A DNA stretch of 63,691 nt, filler included, from Reticulomyxa filosa (Eukaryota; Protista; Foraminifera), in the NCBI GenBank assembly GCA_000512085.1. It is 17 parts of 17 records of this genome, joined end to end, with 100 filler letters (N's around TTAATTAATTAA, not from the genome) between each part and the next. Parts side by side here need not be neighbours in the genome. Positions count along the whole stretch, not along the records: positions 38,123 to 57,415 come from ASPP01007860.1; positions 57,516 to 61,375 come from ASPP01019873.1; positions 61,476 to 62,490 come from ASPP01038102.1; 14 more parts are not named here. One strand, 5' to 3'. Positions 50,201 to 62,435 of this stretch are shown in pieces; the stretch's first letter is position 1; each line of letters begins with the position of its first letter. Below the pieces are notes generated by a model. That model saw only the letters and a list, made by a program, of their open reading frames with translations. It did not search any database and had not been told where the DNA came from. The position numbers were made by a program, and so were the translations under genes.

Positions 50201-53150
50201 TCATGTTTGATGTTTGTTCTTTTACTGCAGTCACAGTATTATAAATATATAGTGAACAAAACTTGCGATCAAGTAGCAAATGCCACTCGTGTCATTCGTG
50301 AATTGAGGGGTTGAGAATTGCGAAAATACTGCAAAATGTCCTGTACTGCTACTCGACGTTGGATCGATCCATGTCCAACCCACACAGTCCGAGGTGTGCA
50401 GACAGTTCTCGACCAATGCTGTTTGCAAATCGGAAAAGTTTGCCCATGAACGGTTGTAGTATTTGGAATCGTAACATGTTTCATTGACGGAGGAGTTGGA
50501 ATATATACACAGTTCGTCGTAGTTCAACATTCGAGCACCATTGAGTGGGTTTGTATCACAAGCGGTCGTACCTGCTGCATACATATTGTCCGCACCAGTT
50601 AAATTGAGGCCTTTAAATCGGCGCAACGGCTCTTGCATTTGGAAGTTGTCATAGGCAAGTCGAACGTTTGTCTTGTTGCTATAAGCCGCCTTTACTACAT
50701 TGATCCACACATCATAACACCAACGTTGTCTAAATGATGCTTCGTCGGACATTCTCTGAGTCTCATCTAACATTTTATTGTTATTGTTATTGTTAAGTTA
50801 TTCAAATAAGTAAAAATAAAATCAACATAACTGTTATAATATGTTTCAATTTCGGCAGAGAGGTTCCATAATTGATCATCACGATTGTTCGCAAACTTGT
50901 GATACTGACCCAACACTTCAAAGTGCTGCTTATTAACTGATTCGAATACCAGGTAAAAAAATGTCAAAGTAAACACGAACATATAAGCCAAGCGCCCAAG
51001 CAACACAATGCACAAATAGGGTCCATGTTTGTAAAATTTGAATTTGGATCGGCTTTTTAAGTATTTTTCTTCAACAACAACTGTTTCTGGTAAATTTTGA
51101 AATACTGATCGCAAGTTTCTTGTATCAATGATATAATCAGCTTTTGTCTGTTTTTGTTTTTTTTTGAATAAGTTTGTTTGGAATGAAACTCCATGATAGG
51201 GAGAAAAAAAAAAGAAAACATAACGATAGCTCTGCCTTTCTTTCCTTTTATAACACCAGCAATACTCAACAAAATGAACATGATAAGCAACGATATCATC
51301 GAGTAAAAGGGGATTTTGAATGATCCTGTCGTTAGCAAGTCACTAAACGAAAATGGATTACCAGAATGAACTTCGATAAAGGTCAAATTTTTGTATTGAA
51401 ACAATAATTTAGGCCTTACTCCGTAAGGGATACCTAAAATGTCATACCAAACAATTAGTAATGGGTCTTGGCGAGAATCGTATCTGCGCTTTGGCATAGT
51501 GAATAAAATTCTTGCTGTGTACGAGTTGGTGCCAGTAAGTGGCAAATAATCGCACGGTCCGATGCCGCCACTGCCATAATCCCATGTACACTCTGTCTTA
51601 TTCCATTGAAATTCTTTGTAAAATTGTTGATACTTTTGGTGGTATTGATCGTATTCCCAGATTTCGATTGCCAAATATGTCTTTTGCCAAGACGCCAAGC
51701 GACCAGTCGATTCCAGCACACTAAGCACAATTAAAACACATTTTTGTAAGTTTTTTTTAAAAATAAAAAAAAACCACCCATATCCGGATGTACACTTTAT
51801 ATACGTTACAGATACGTATACTGTTTTTAGTGAAACGAATTTTCTCTTCTCTGATTTCTTACAGTAACGTATATAAATAGATTTTTTTTTTGGACGCATT
51901 TTGAAAAGCACAGACCCAGAAGGAAAAAAAAAATACAAAGAAAAGAAAAAGTCTGTTTGTATAAAAAAAAAAAACATACAAGGTGCCATTGTCACAAAAA
52001 TAATATGGCGTTGGCAACAATTCATGTTCGTCGACCTGAGTAAAGTTCATTGGACATCCCCTAACAGTTAATCTCCCATCAATGTCGTTCCACGCTAATA
52101 TGCAGGTCAAGCAATAGGCAGCCGTGGGTGGATCGGGTTGATAGTTGCTGTAGGTACACGTTTCGTTTGTATGACAATTCTTTCGCTCAGACAAAGGGTA
52201 AATGTTCAATGACCATTGTACATTCACCGAAGGAAGACCATTGAACTCATCCGGAGTACGACCATCTACAATGCCATATGTTGGGCTATTGGTAGGATGA
52301 CGAGTTGGAAAAAAGGTGGGAGCACGGGTTGGAGCTGAAAAATATTTATTTGTTTGTCTGTGTATTTGCTTTATTTGTGTTATGTGATCGTTTTTTTTAA
52401 AAAATCAAAGTGGCATAGCAATAAAATACAAATAAAATGTAACGTCGAGTCGGAGTTCTCGTTGGAGCGGCTGTCGGAATCGTGGTTGGCGCAGGGGATG
52501 GAGCTGTTTCATGTTTGTTACGATTGTTTTGTTTAATCAAGCAAGCGATATAAAATTTGTGTGTCCTTAACGCAAGGTGGGTGCTTGTGTTGGCACAAGG
52601 GTTCCGTTTAATAATACTGATCTCCAGTTAATAGCCCAATCGGATTTGAAAACTAAGTTTAGTTGGTTGACCGAAAGTAAGGAACTCGTGATAATGCCAC
52701 GTGTAAGCGTTCCGTCGTCGTAGCCTTTGTCAGTTAAAGGTAAGGGATAAGAGTGGCCGTTCAAAACGTAAGTGCTTAGAGAACTATTGATCACGGCCGC
52801 TCCGTCCAGAGTAATGGAACACTTACGAAGCTATCCAATTTTTTTATTTGTTAGTTTTATCCCTCATCACGTACAATACCTTCATAAAAAAACAAACTTA
52901 CAACAGTGAAGTGGGCAAACGTGATAGTTATTCTCGAATTTGTGTTATTTGGTATTACCCAATCACCATTCGTTGGGCTAAAATCAAAACACGTATAACA
53001 TGTCCCCGTTGTAGCTGTTTTACCATCGTCGAGGCTACAGCTGAGGCTGAAATCACCATTTGCATAGCTAAGATAACCACTTGAACAGCGCCACAACACA
53101 GAAAAGAGAATAAGCAGTATCCAATCCAATACTGCGAGAAAGGTTTTCAT
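47201..53150 (-). CDS. Large glycosylated multipass (signal peptide + ~5 TM) surface protein, about 15 exons
   Basis: Signal peptide MKTFLAVLDWILLILFSVLWRCSSG, PT-repeat linker and Cys-rich ectodomain. TM segments lie at ~51255-51310, 50950-51015, 49605-49655, 49220-49290 and 47870-47940. A discoidin-like segment (LFDHLTNTSW...KFLRINF...LNEITVYG) and a Pro-rich cytosolic tail follow. Confidence 0.75.
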
Positions 53151-53628
53151 CTTAAGCAAAATTAAAAACAAACAAGTTGAAAACCTTGTGGGGACCTTCT
53201 AATTAAACCGGGACACTACCGGTTGCCTGCGAACGTTACAAAGGATTGAAAAAATACATAAATACGCATGTAAGCGAATGAAAATAAAGAGAGGTGTTAC
53301 CAAAAATAGACAACGAATATCTCCAACACTCCTTACAACGGAATTGGCTTTTCTTAAAAGATATAATTTTGGCAAAATTTGTGACGTGACAATATGCAAG
53401 AAAGTTTAAGAATCTTAAAAAACAAAATTTCAACAAACCTAGACTATGAGGTTTATTTCCCTGCTCAAGAATTCAACACAACACGAAAAAAATGGGATGA
53501 CTCACACACACAACGAACAGAAGACGTCTTGGCTGTTCAAAAAAAATTGATGTGCCCTCCTTTAAATTTTCCTTGCTGAAACAAGACAAAAAGATCTCAC
53601 AAAAGAAAAATTGGACTGTAATGAACAT

Positions 53629-56600
53629 TTAAGCAAATCCAAATCCTTGGCTACATTCTCGAATTGCCAACAACAACTTTTCCTTCAGGATTCCTTTTGT
53701 GGAATATCGTGGTAAGTCGAGTTGATTGAAGCAAGTGTGTGCAGACGGCAAAGTTTCGTCCGGTTGTGCAGAGGAATGTATTTGGAATCGTTGGTTCCCA
53801 TTCATGCCTGGAAGGTTTGCAAAGCCTCCCAACGGGACTCTCGACGTTCCAGTGACAAACTGCAACAGCAACGCACGTTCTTCCTTGTCCATATCTTGAA
53901 CAGTTTCCCAGAACCATCTAAAAAAGATTACACATAACACATTGTTTTGTTTAAAACTGCCTCTCCTTCAATATATATGCATATATGCATATATGCATAT
54001 ATGTATATATTAGTAAAGCTCTCGAAACTTGATTTGAGGAGAATCTTGATTGTATCCACCAAAGTACTGGGTATTATTTTGCCAATCCACAACATCGATA
54101 TCAGGCATTCCACATATCAAAAGATCTAATTCGGACCATGTGAAAATACTTATGAGCCAATGAGGAATCAACATGTTAAATCCTTTCAAAAAGGCCTGTG
54201 TTTGTTCTTCGACTAATTTGTTCATCTTCAAGTCGCTGACCAACTCAATGTATTCTTTCTTATTTGCATCAGTGACGGTAATTTCGTGTCCGTTTGGACG
54301 CAGCTCAAACTTTTCGGTGACACCCATTTTCTCCAATTCATAAGTGAAGTCGGAGAAGACAACGCCTTCAATGGAGTTTTCGAGCATCCATTTCAGATTT
54401 TTGTAATGAAGATAGTCCATCGATTGCAAGTCCTCCCACGTTGGTTTCACATGCAAAATGTGTTTCAAAAACGAACGTGTGAAATAGGCTTCCAAGTTTT
54501 GTCCGTCAAACACAGCCTTGGCAACAAAGAGTCCGACAAACTTAAAGTTTTCAATGTGATCGTTATTGAAAGACGAGTGAGGATTGGGTTGGAACACGCT
54601 GTTGTTATCGGCGGCAGGGATGAACAAGCAATAGCTGGGATCGAACATAGCCTTTGTTAGTTGGCTATACCATTCTCGAGTCAGTCCACTTGCATCAATG
54701 CCTTCTTCTCCCAAAAAGCGAATCGACAATCGATTCATGAGTTCTTGTTTGGTCCACAGTTTCATTTGGCAAAACGAGTCATTGAACAATTGTTTACGTC
54801 TCACTTCCAAGTGTGTTCGTTGTGAGCCAAAGTAATCTCTCTCTTGTTGCAAATAGTCATTGCGAATGGTCTGTAAGCACAAATGCAAGTAGCGTTTTTT
54901 GTTTTCCAGGTCGAGCACCCGCTTCGGATGCCAGATCAACGGAGCAAATGGACCCAATTTCATGGAGTGCGATCTGGAGTCGCCACCAGTAAGCAACTGT
55001 GGCTTTTGCGCAATCAGCAAATTAAATATGGTGCGATGCTTGTCGGTAAAGTTCAAAAAGTACTCATGTCTTTGCAGAAGATAATCGCTGGCGAGGTTGT
55101 TTTCAATGTCCGCCTCCATTTCTTCGCAAGTGCTCTTGGTATTGAATTCAACCTGATAAAAGTCATGAACGATGAAAAAAGCTAAAATGAGTGGTTTCAA
55201 TCGTAACACAGAGGATGTAATGCGCGTATTTTCTTCTTCCGTTTTTTTCTTCAACGCATCGTTTCCTGCATTACTTGCAAAGTTTACTGTTCTTCGAGCA
55301 GCCGCGTTTCCGTCATTGTTAATATTGTCTTGACCTCTAGTAGCTGTTATTTGGTCCTCTGGCGTTTTTCTGTTTGTCTTCTTTTTCATTTTCATTTTCG
55401 TTTTCGTTTTCATTTTTTTTCTCTTTTTCTTTGTCCGCATTTTCGCTATCATTTTCTTCCTTGTTCCCACCTTTTCCTTTCTTTGCACCTTTTTTGTCCT
55501 TTTCTTCCGTTTCTTTCTTTTCCATTTCCGCCGCCAACACATCTTTTGGAACGTATCCAAATATGGTTAAACAACGATCCAAGGCTTCCCATAGTATTTG
55601 CAAGCCTTTGCTGCAATCTTCATACATCTTAAGCTTTTGTTGCTGCTCGCTTTCAGTCATCCAAATGTTATCGTCGCCATTTTTATTTGTCTTATCGCTG
55701 GATTTGATCTTTCGAAATACGGCTGCCGTTTTGTTGGCATTGCTGTTGGCGTCGTGTCTATTTTTTCGGTGATAATCGGCTTTGACCAACAACGAATGGA
55801 AGAATTGCACCGTTCGCAGCAACGTGTTTTGCTTGGTTTGGTTAATGGTCCATTGATGATCCAATCGTTTGCTTGTGTTCTTGGACGGCTCAATGATGCC
55901 ATAGATATGATTCAACTCCGAGCCCAGTTGTGTGGACAACTTTCGGTCTCACTGATCAATGCATTCATTAACAACAATTTGTTATTGGGGACATTCATAA
56001 TACTTCGAGCGACCGTATCGAGCTTATTGAAAATTTGGTCATTGCAACGAACATGGTCGCCAATCAATGCCACCAAATCCGTTATGTCGTCGTTGTGCAT
56101 CGTCAGCTCCAACTCGGTCAGCTTCATTTGCGAAGAGCGACATATTATCGACAACGTCTCCACATACGATTTCAACACACTTTGGGTCTTCATCAATGGC
56201 GAGCCGAACAACGAAAACAGGCGCAGCATACGCGATTCATTGATATCAAACAATTGAATGGCCTTTTCAATCTCTGCTTCTTTTTCTTTTTCGTTTTCAT
56301 TGTCCGTTTCATTTTCAGGAGCTTTTTCATTTTCATTTTCATTTTCTTTTTCTTTTTCTTTTTCCTTTTCCTTTTCTTGTTCACCTAAAGTACTGACATT
56401 GGTACTGGTGATTTGCTTTGGAGTTGCAAGTACAGGACTTGTCACCATTGCCTTCGTTTGAAAGTCATCAGCTTCGAAGGAAAGACTCAAATTTGCGGGC
56501 AATTGCAGATACTTGACGAAATAAGACCCAGCGGGGGACTTCATCAAAAAGCGTAACAGGTTAAATAGTCGAATCAAGCGGGATCTGTTCTCTTTGGTCG

Positions 56601-57373
56601 TATACTGCCAAAGTGAGTATCACACAACAATCAGTTCAATTGATGTAAACAATGTATAAACACACACATATATACATACATATATACATACATATATGTA
56701 TATGTACATATATAAAAGTATGTGATAGATACAAATACCATTAATTCAGGACGAGAAGAATAGCGTGGAGATGCAGACGAAATCAACTCCAAAATGTGAT
56801 GGAACACCATCGATCTCATAACGCGGTAGACACATAAGCGAGCCAAAATGCGAGAGAATGCCAATTCTTGCGTCAATTGGGTTCGGTCCATTAAGGTGAG
56901 CAACGACTTCAGATTTTCGCGATTCATGGGCGGGAAATAAAACGGGGGGACACGATTGCTTTGCAACGACGGCGAAGGAGGGATAAGCAAGGCACGAATG
57001 GTTTCTTTCAGAGTGTCTTCTTTGCTCTTTTGTCGAGTCAACCCAACTGTCAACGTCGGTGCCGCGGCCTGCGACTCGTCAATCTTCTTTTCCTCCTTTT
57101 GGTCCGACTCATGCTTTTGCTCTGCAGGAGGTGACATTGCTGGCTCGGGCGTTGCGGGGATTTGTTCGGACTGGTCAAATACTCCTCGGCCCAACACATT
57201 GTGGATTGCAGGGCCTCGGTTGCGTTGGTAGAGACCATGATATCTTCCGGCAACGGCTCCACGATTTCTCGCGACGACTGCTTGAGCGAGCAATTCGGAT
57301 GGCAAGAGCAGCAGCTGTGCGTCCGATTGCTCCATTAACATTTCCAATCGCGTTTGTGGGTCAAAGGCTGTCG

Positions 57374-57375
<2 letters not shown>
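53629..57375 (-). CDS. HECT E3 ubiquitin ligase, HUWE1/Tom1/UPL1-like, C-terminal part
   Basis: [52 protein letters not shown] and catalytic [14 protein letters not shown]. The upstream [20 protein letters not shown] motif resembles HUWE1-type ligases. Confidence 0.95.
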
Positions 57376-57415
<40 letters not shown>

Positions 57416-58204
57416 NNNNNNNNNNNNNNNNNNNNNNNNNNNNNNNNNNNNNNNNNNNNTTAATTAATTAANNNNNNNNNNNNNNNNNNNNNNNNNNNNN
57501 NNNNNNNNNNNNNNNTTTTTTTTTTTTTTTTTTGCTGTTGTTGGATGGACAACCTCAATTGTTTCATTTTCAATTCACACACATATATACTTATTTGAAT
57601 TTATTAATTACAATCGCAATCCATACTCTCTGTAATAGCTGGGCTGGGGTATATGTCACTCACACACACATACAGCACTTTTTTTTAATATACGTACCAT
57701 TTCTCCTTTTTTCTGGTTCAGCACAGTTTCTGTCCCTAAAAAAAAAAAAAAATTTTTTGACTTCATCACATCCTTTTCTGTCGCGAATTTTCTTGTTTCA
57801 ATCGCTGCTACGTTTGCTCATGCTATGTTCAACAGAATAATCCGCTTGCTTTTGGTCGTTGAAGTCGCAACTTGAAACAATCAGAAAAAATCAGTAATTC
57901 GTATTGAAAAACAGACAAATATACGTTTTCAGAATATGCGATTGTTTCTCTGAAAAAAGGAAAATAGTTAATATTCAATAGTCTCGCACGCGTCGATCTC
58001 ATTTCAGTGTGAGACAATAGTTGACAAAACTCCCTTTTTTTTTTAAGTAACAAAATTCCTTCTAGCATAATTTTCATGTCAACTTGCGAAAGTGGACAAA
58101 GACACCTAGACAGACATTTTTCTTATGAAAAACTCAGAAAGGTCTCGACAAAGAAGACATGACAATATAACATACGAAGAAACAACAAAAAAATGGAAAG
58201 ACTA

Positions 58205-58950
58205 TTTTTATTGATCTACGATGCTGGACAAGAAATAGTGGAATTGGAATGAAACAGATAATGAATTGGAAATGTATCACATCGGCATCCGTGGAGAAGC
58301 AGGAAGTGGGAAAAGTGTGTTAACACAAAGAATTGCATATCTATGGGCAAATCATCAATTGTGGAATAGTCGATTTCAATTGTTATTGCACACTCCACCT
58401 CAAAAAAATTGCTCACATTTTTGATAATAACGAGAAGAATAAGAATAACGATCAATGGTTGAAAATAATGAATGAATTGAATATTCCACAATGGATTACA
58501 GATGATACAGATATTGTGTATTTAAATAATGGATTATTAATATTGGATGAATTTGATGAAATTGCAAATGAATTGATTCGAGATGATTGAGATATTACTA
58601 AAATATGTTCACGTGGATATTTGTCATTGATGATATTCAATATCTTTTGTTATATTTCGCATGAAATGGCTTCCCTGTCCAGATTTTAATCCTTCCCATG
58701 CAAGTTGTGACAAATAATCAATTTCCATTTCAAATGTATTGAACATATCTTGTTCATTTAATTTGTCTTTTGTCCCATTGTCTTTATCAATGCGTCTGCT
58801 TGATAGTTATAATCATCATTTGCAGGATTTTTAAAATATGTACAGACATAATTTTGAATGTCTTGTTTTTGGGAGCAAATAACATTGAGTCTTATTGATT
58901 TTTTTTCTCAAATATGAACATGTTGCATTAGGGCGGCTTGTCATAATCAC
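58205..58950. pseudogene. NACHT/STAND NTPase relic with an internal inversion
   Basis: Plus strand: Walker A IGIRGEAGSGKSVLTQRIAYLW and Walker B LLILDEFDEI. Minus strand 58950-58565: sensor-1 VIMTSRP, DIQNYV and YLSQLAWEGLK. Confidence 0.8.
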
Positions 58951-59186
58951 GCAATATTTTCTTTTTTTAGTACAAGTAAAAGACTCGAACACAAGAGTTA
59001 TTAGCATGAATTATGTGTATCAATGTTTATTCTTGTAAGTATTACATGAAAAGATCTGTTTTTTACACGAAGAAATATCTCCAACTCAAAAAAACAAAAA
59101 AAAACAAAGATTTTATTTTCAATTATAAATGAAAAAAGTACTCAAAGATTGTTATTTGAATATTTCCTTAATTCATCAAAATAGTA

Positions 59187-60511
59187 TTATCCCCAAATAT
59201 GAACCAAACCATTGTATGAACCATAACACAAACTAATATGTTTGTTATTATTTTTTAATTGTAGTAATTTAATACATCTTATTTCATTATCTTTACTATC
59301 TCCATTGATCACATGCAATTCATTCTTATTTAATCGAATATCCCAAAAACGAATTGTATTATCACATGATCCAGAACATATCACATTTGAATTACCAATA
59401 CTATTCTTTATTATAAATGGTGAATATTCAACAGTATTTATACAGTCTGTATGTCCATTAAACATTTGAATTTGTTGACCAGATCGAATATCCCACAAAC
59501 GAACACTTTTATCTTCTGATCCAGATAATATTGTATTTAATAATTCATTTGATCCATATTTTACACTCATCAAATATCCTTCATGTCCTTTGAATGTAAT
59601 TAATTGTATTGTTGTTTCAATATCCCATATTCGAATGGTATTATCATTTGATCCAGAACAAATTGTATATCCATTACCACCAATTATGCCAATATCATTA
59701 GTTTTATTATCATTCTTGTTATTACTTTGCAATGGTGAAATATCTACACACCAGACAATATTTTCATGTCCATTGAAAACATGTAATGATTTGGATGTTT
59801 CAATATCCCATAAACAAATAGTATTGTCATCAGATCCAGAACATAAATATCTGCCACCATGAAATGGTGAAAATTCAATGCCAGAGACACCGCTAGATCT
59901 ATTGAATATTTGAAATAGTTTATTATCTTCAATATCCCAAAAACGAATAGTGTTGTCCCATGACGAAGAACAAATTATTTTACGACGATTATTATGGTAA
60001 TAATATTGTGAAAACTTCACACAATTCACAGATGTTGAATGCTTATCGAATATTCGAATTTGTTTGTTATTATCTATATCCCATACACAAACTGTGCTGT
60101 CAGCTGATCCTGAATAAATGAAGTGACAGTCATCGAATGTTGAATAATCAACACTACCTACAGGCCCATTATGTCCATTGAATGTTTTGAGTAATTTAGA
60201 TGATGATCGAAATATGTCAAATATTATAAAGGTAGCTGTCTATATTAAATAAAAATAACGACAAAAATAGTTGAATGTTTTGATTTAAATTGAACAAAGA
60301 AAACTTAACATAATCGATAACAAGTTTATCAAACTCATGAATCCATCCTAATTTAATGTTTAATATGCGAATCCAATGTTGAAGAATAAGTTGGATATCT
60401 TCTTCTACTAACTGACTCACAATAATAAATAGAAAAATGACATAAAGACAATTGGCTTTCTCAAAGAACAAAAATGAAGCTTACCAACGCTTGTTGTGTT
60501 AATGTAGTCAT
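59187..60511 (-). CDS. WD40-repeat protein (7 repeats; lineage-expanded family), 3 exons
   Basis: Repeated GH...CSGS.DNTIR.WD units. Exons are ~60511-60485, 60411-60310 and ~60239-59187, with the frame open throughout exon 3. Confidence 0.92.
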
Positions 60512-60910
60512 TTTTCCGCAATCTTTTGAGATTATGTTTAATGATATAAGATAAAAAAATGTTTGAACTTTTTTTAAATAAAAATACTTAAAAAACGGTT
60601 CAAATAATACAAAAAATTTAAAGATTTTTTTGGTGGATGTTACATTTTGTAAAAATATTAGGCATTATAACAATGAGCTATGATTTTTTAATTTATTTAA
60701 AATGCCTTTTGTAAAAATTTAAAATATATCAAGGTATTTATCGTCTACATGAAAGTATAGTATATGGCTTAATTGATTGTTCAGATTATAGAAAGCAATC
60801 TTTTTTAAAAAAATCAATTGCTTCGTAAAGTAGAGGTTCAGGCTCTCCCTTTTTTTAACAGATTTCTTTTTTAGAGAAAAAAACTCTTCATCATAATAAA
60901 GAAAAGGATT

Positions 60911-61375
60911 ATGTTGGCCTTGAATGTGGAAAGAGATGAAAAAAACCAGGAACATGAAAAAGAAATATTTTCCAGTTCTGGTTGTTATGACAAAGACTGG
61001 GTTTTGTTGACCAACAAAGCAGTGAGATTAAACCCATTAGTCTGCTATATTTGCAAACAAATTCCAAACAACGCAGTGGAATTGCATTGTAATGAACATG
61101 AAAATGCAGAGCAAGCGTATTTATTTGGAGAGAAATGCCTGCAAAGCTATTTGAAACAAAGTAATGGAAAATGTCCAATTCAACAACACGATCATTGCGA
61201 ATTTTCAAAAAATAAAATTATAAGACAACAAGTTTCAGATTTATTGGTAATCTGTCCTCGACAATATGATTTGAAAAAGAGAGAATCAAAAGAGGGAACA
61301 ACATTAGGAGAGAAAGAAGAAGACGAAAGCCAATGCGATTATAAAGGAAAAATAAAGGAAATGAAAGATCATTTG
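60911..61375 (+). CDS. RING-like/TRAF-type zinc-finger protein, N-terminal part
   Basis: CYICKQIPNNAVELHCNEH...GEKCL...CPI..H is a degenerate RING. It is followed by LLVICPRQ...CDYKGKIKEMKDHL, a TRAF/Sina-type finger. Confidence 0.8.
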
Positions 61376-62124
61376 NNNNNNNNNNNNNNNNNNNNNNNNN
61401 NNNNNNNNNNNNNNNNNNNTTAATTAATTAANNNNNNNNNNNNNNNNNNNNNNNNNNNNNNNNNNNNNNNNNNNNGATTTTGAGATTGTGGCTGGAGTGT
61501 GACTGTAAACTAAAGTAAAGTTGAAACCTAAAATTCAGTACTCTAATAAAAACAAACAAAAAAAGGAAGAGATCAACAACAAGTGAAAAAAAATTTTAAG
61601 TTTTAATTTAATCTTTAAAATATCAAAAAAAACAAATAAGATCTCAAAGGTTGTACGGCGAGATCAATCAACGGTTGTGAAAACAAAATTGGCTCTTCCT
61701 TGTGGAATGGTCAGGAGGAATTACAGGAGCAATGCTAATGCTCAACTGAATCCTCTGAGCCTTGTTTTCGAAGTGTTGAAATCTCAGAGAAATATAATAT
61801 TCAATTCATCTCTTTTAACAAATTAAAGCAAACTAAAACAAAAAATAAAATTTAAATACTCATTATTAAAGAAATGCGTGTGAATGTTGTTGCTATTGCC
61901 ATTTTGGCTTATTTAATAAAAAGTGGCTTAATTTTGTTCGCAATTCTTTCTTGTTAATATTATTTTGTTTCAACTGTTCATTTGGGTGTTTCGTTTGTTA
62001 TCTTGTATATATCTGTTCTCGCGCAAAATCGCAATATCAGATATCTGACTAGTAAAAAAATTTTTTTATCGCTATAAAAAAAAAATTTTACTAGATGATG
62101 ATTATTTTTTTTTTTCACAACAAA

Positions 62125-62435
62125 CATTGGTTCAGAGATCGAGGCAATGAGATTTGCATTGTAATATGTTGGTAACCATTACAGATTCCCTTGTGGAGGG
62201 TGATTATCCTGACTGATTGGAAGTTCGTGATTAATGCAATATTCAACAAATGGGATTTTGACATCTATAAATTGCCAATTATGGATTGTCAGAAGATATT
62301 GAAATTATTTAATGAGGATAACGTACCAGAGATCTATTGGATTAAAGGTCATTCTGGAATCCTGATAATGATAAAGTGGATCTTGTTGCAAATAATGCTC
62401 GCAGGAAAGCGTCGAAATTGCAACCAGATTTGAAT
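62125..62435 (+). mobile_element. RNase H relic of a non-LTR-type retrotransposon
   Basis: SEIEAMRFAL*, VIILTD.KFVINAI, IYWIKGHSGI and, in a shifted frame, DNDKVDLVA. Stops and frameshifts are present. Confidence 0.75.

Noticed and set aside
55330-56461. Antisense ORFs with (FS)n repeats and KE-rich tracts
   Set aside because: These are shadows of low-complexity Glu/Lys/Asn linkers in the HECT ligase.
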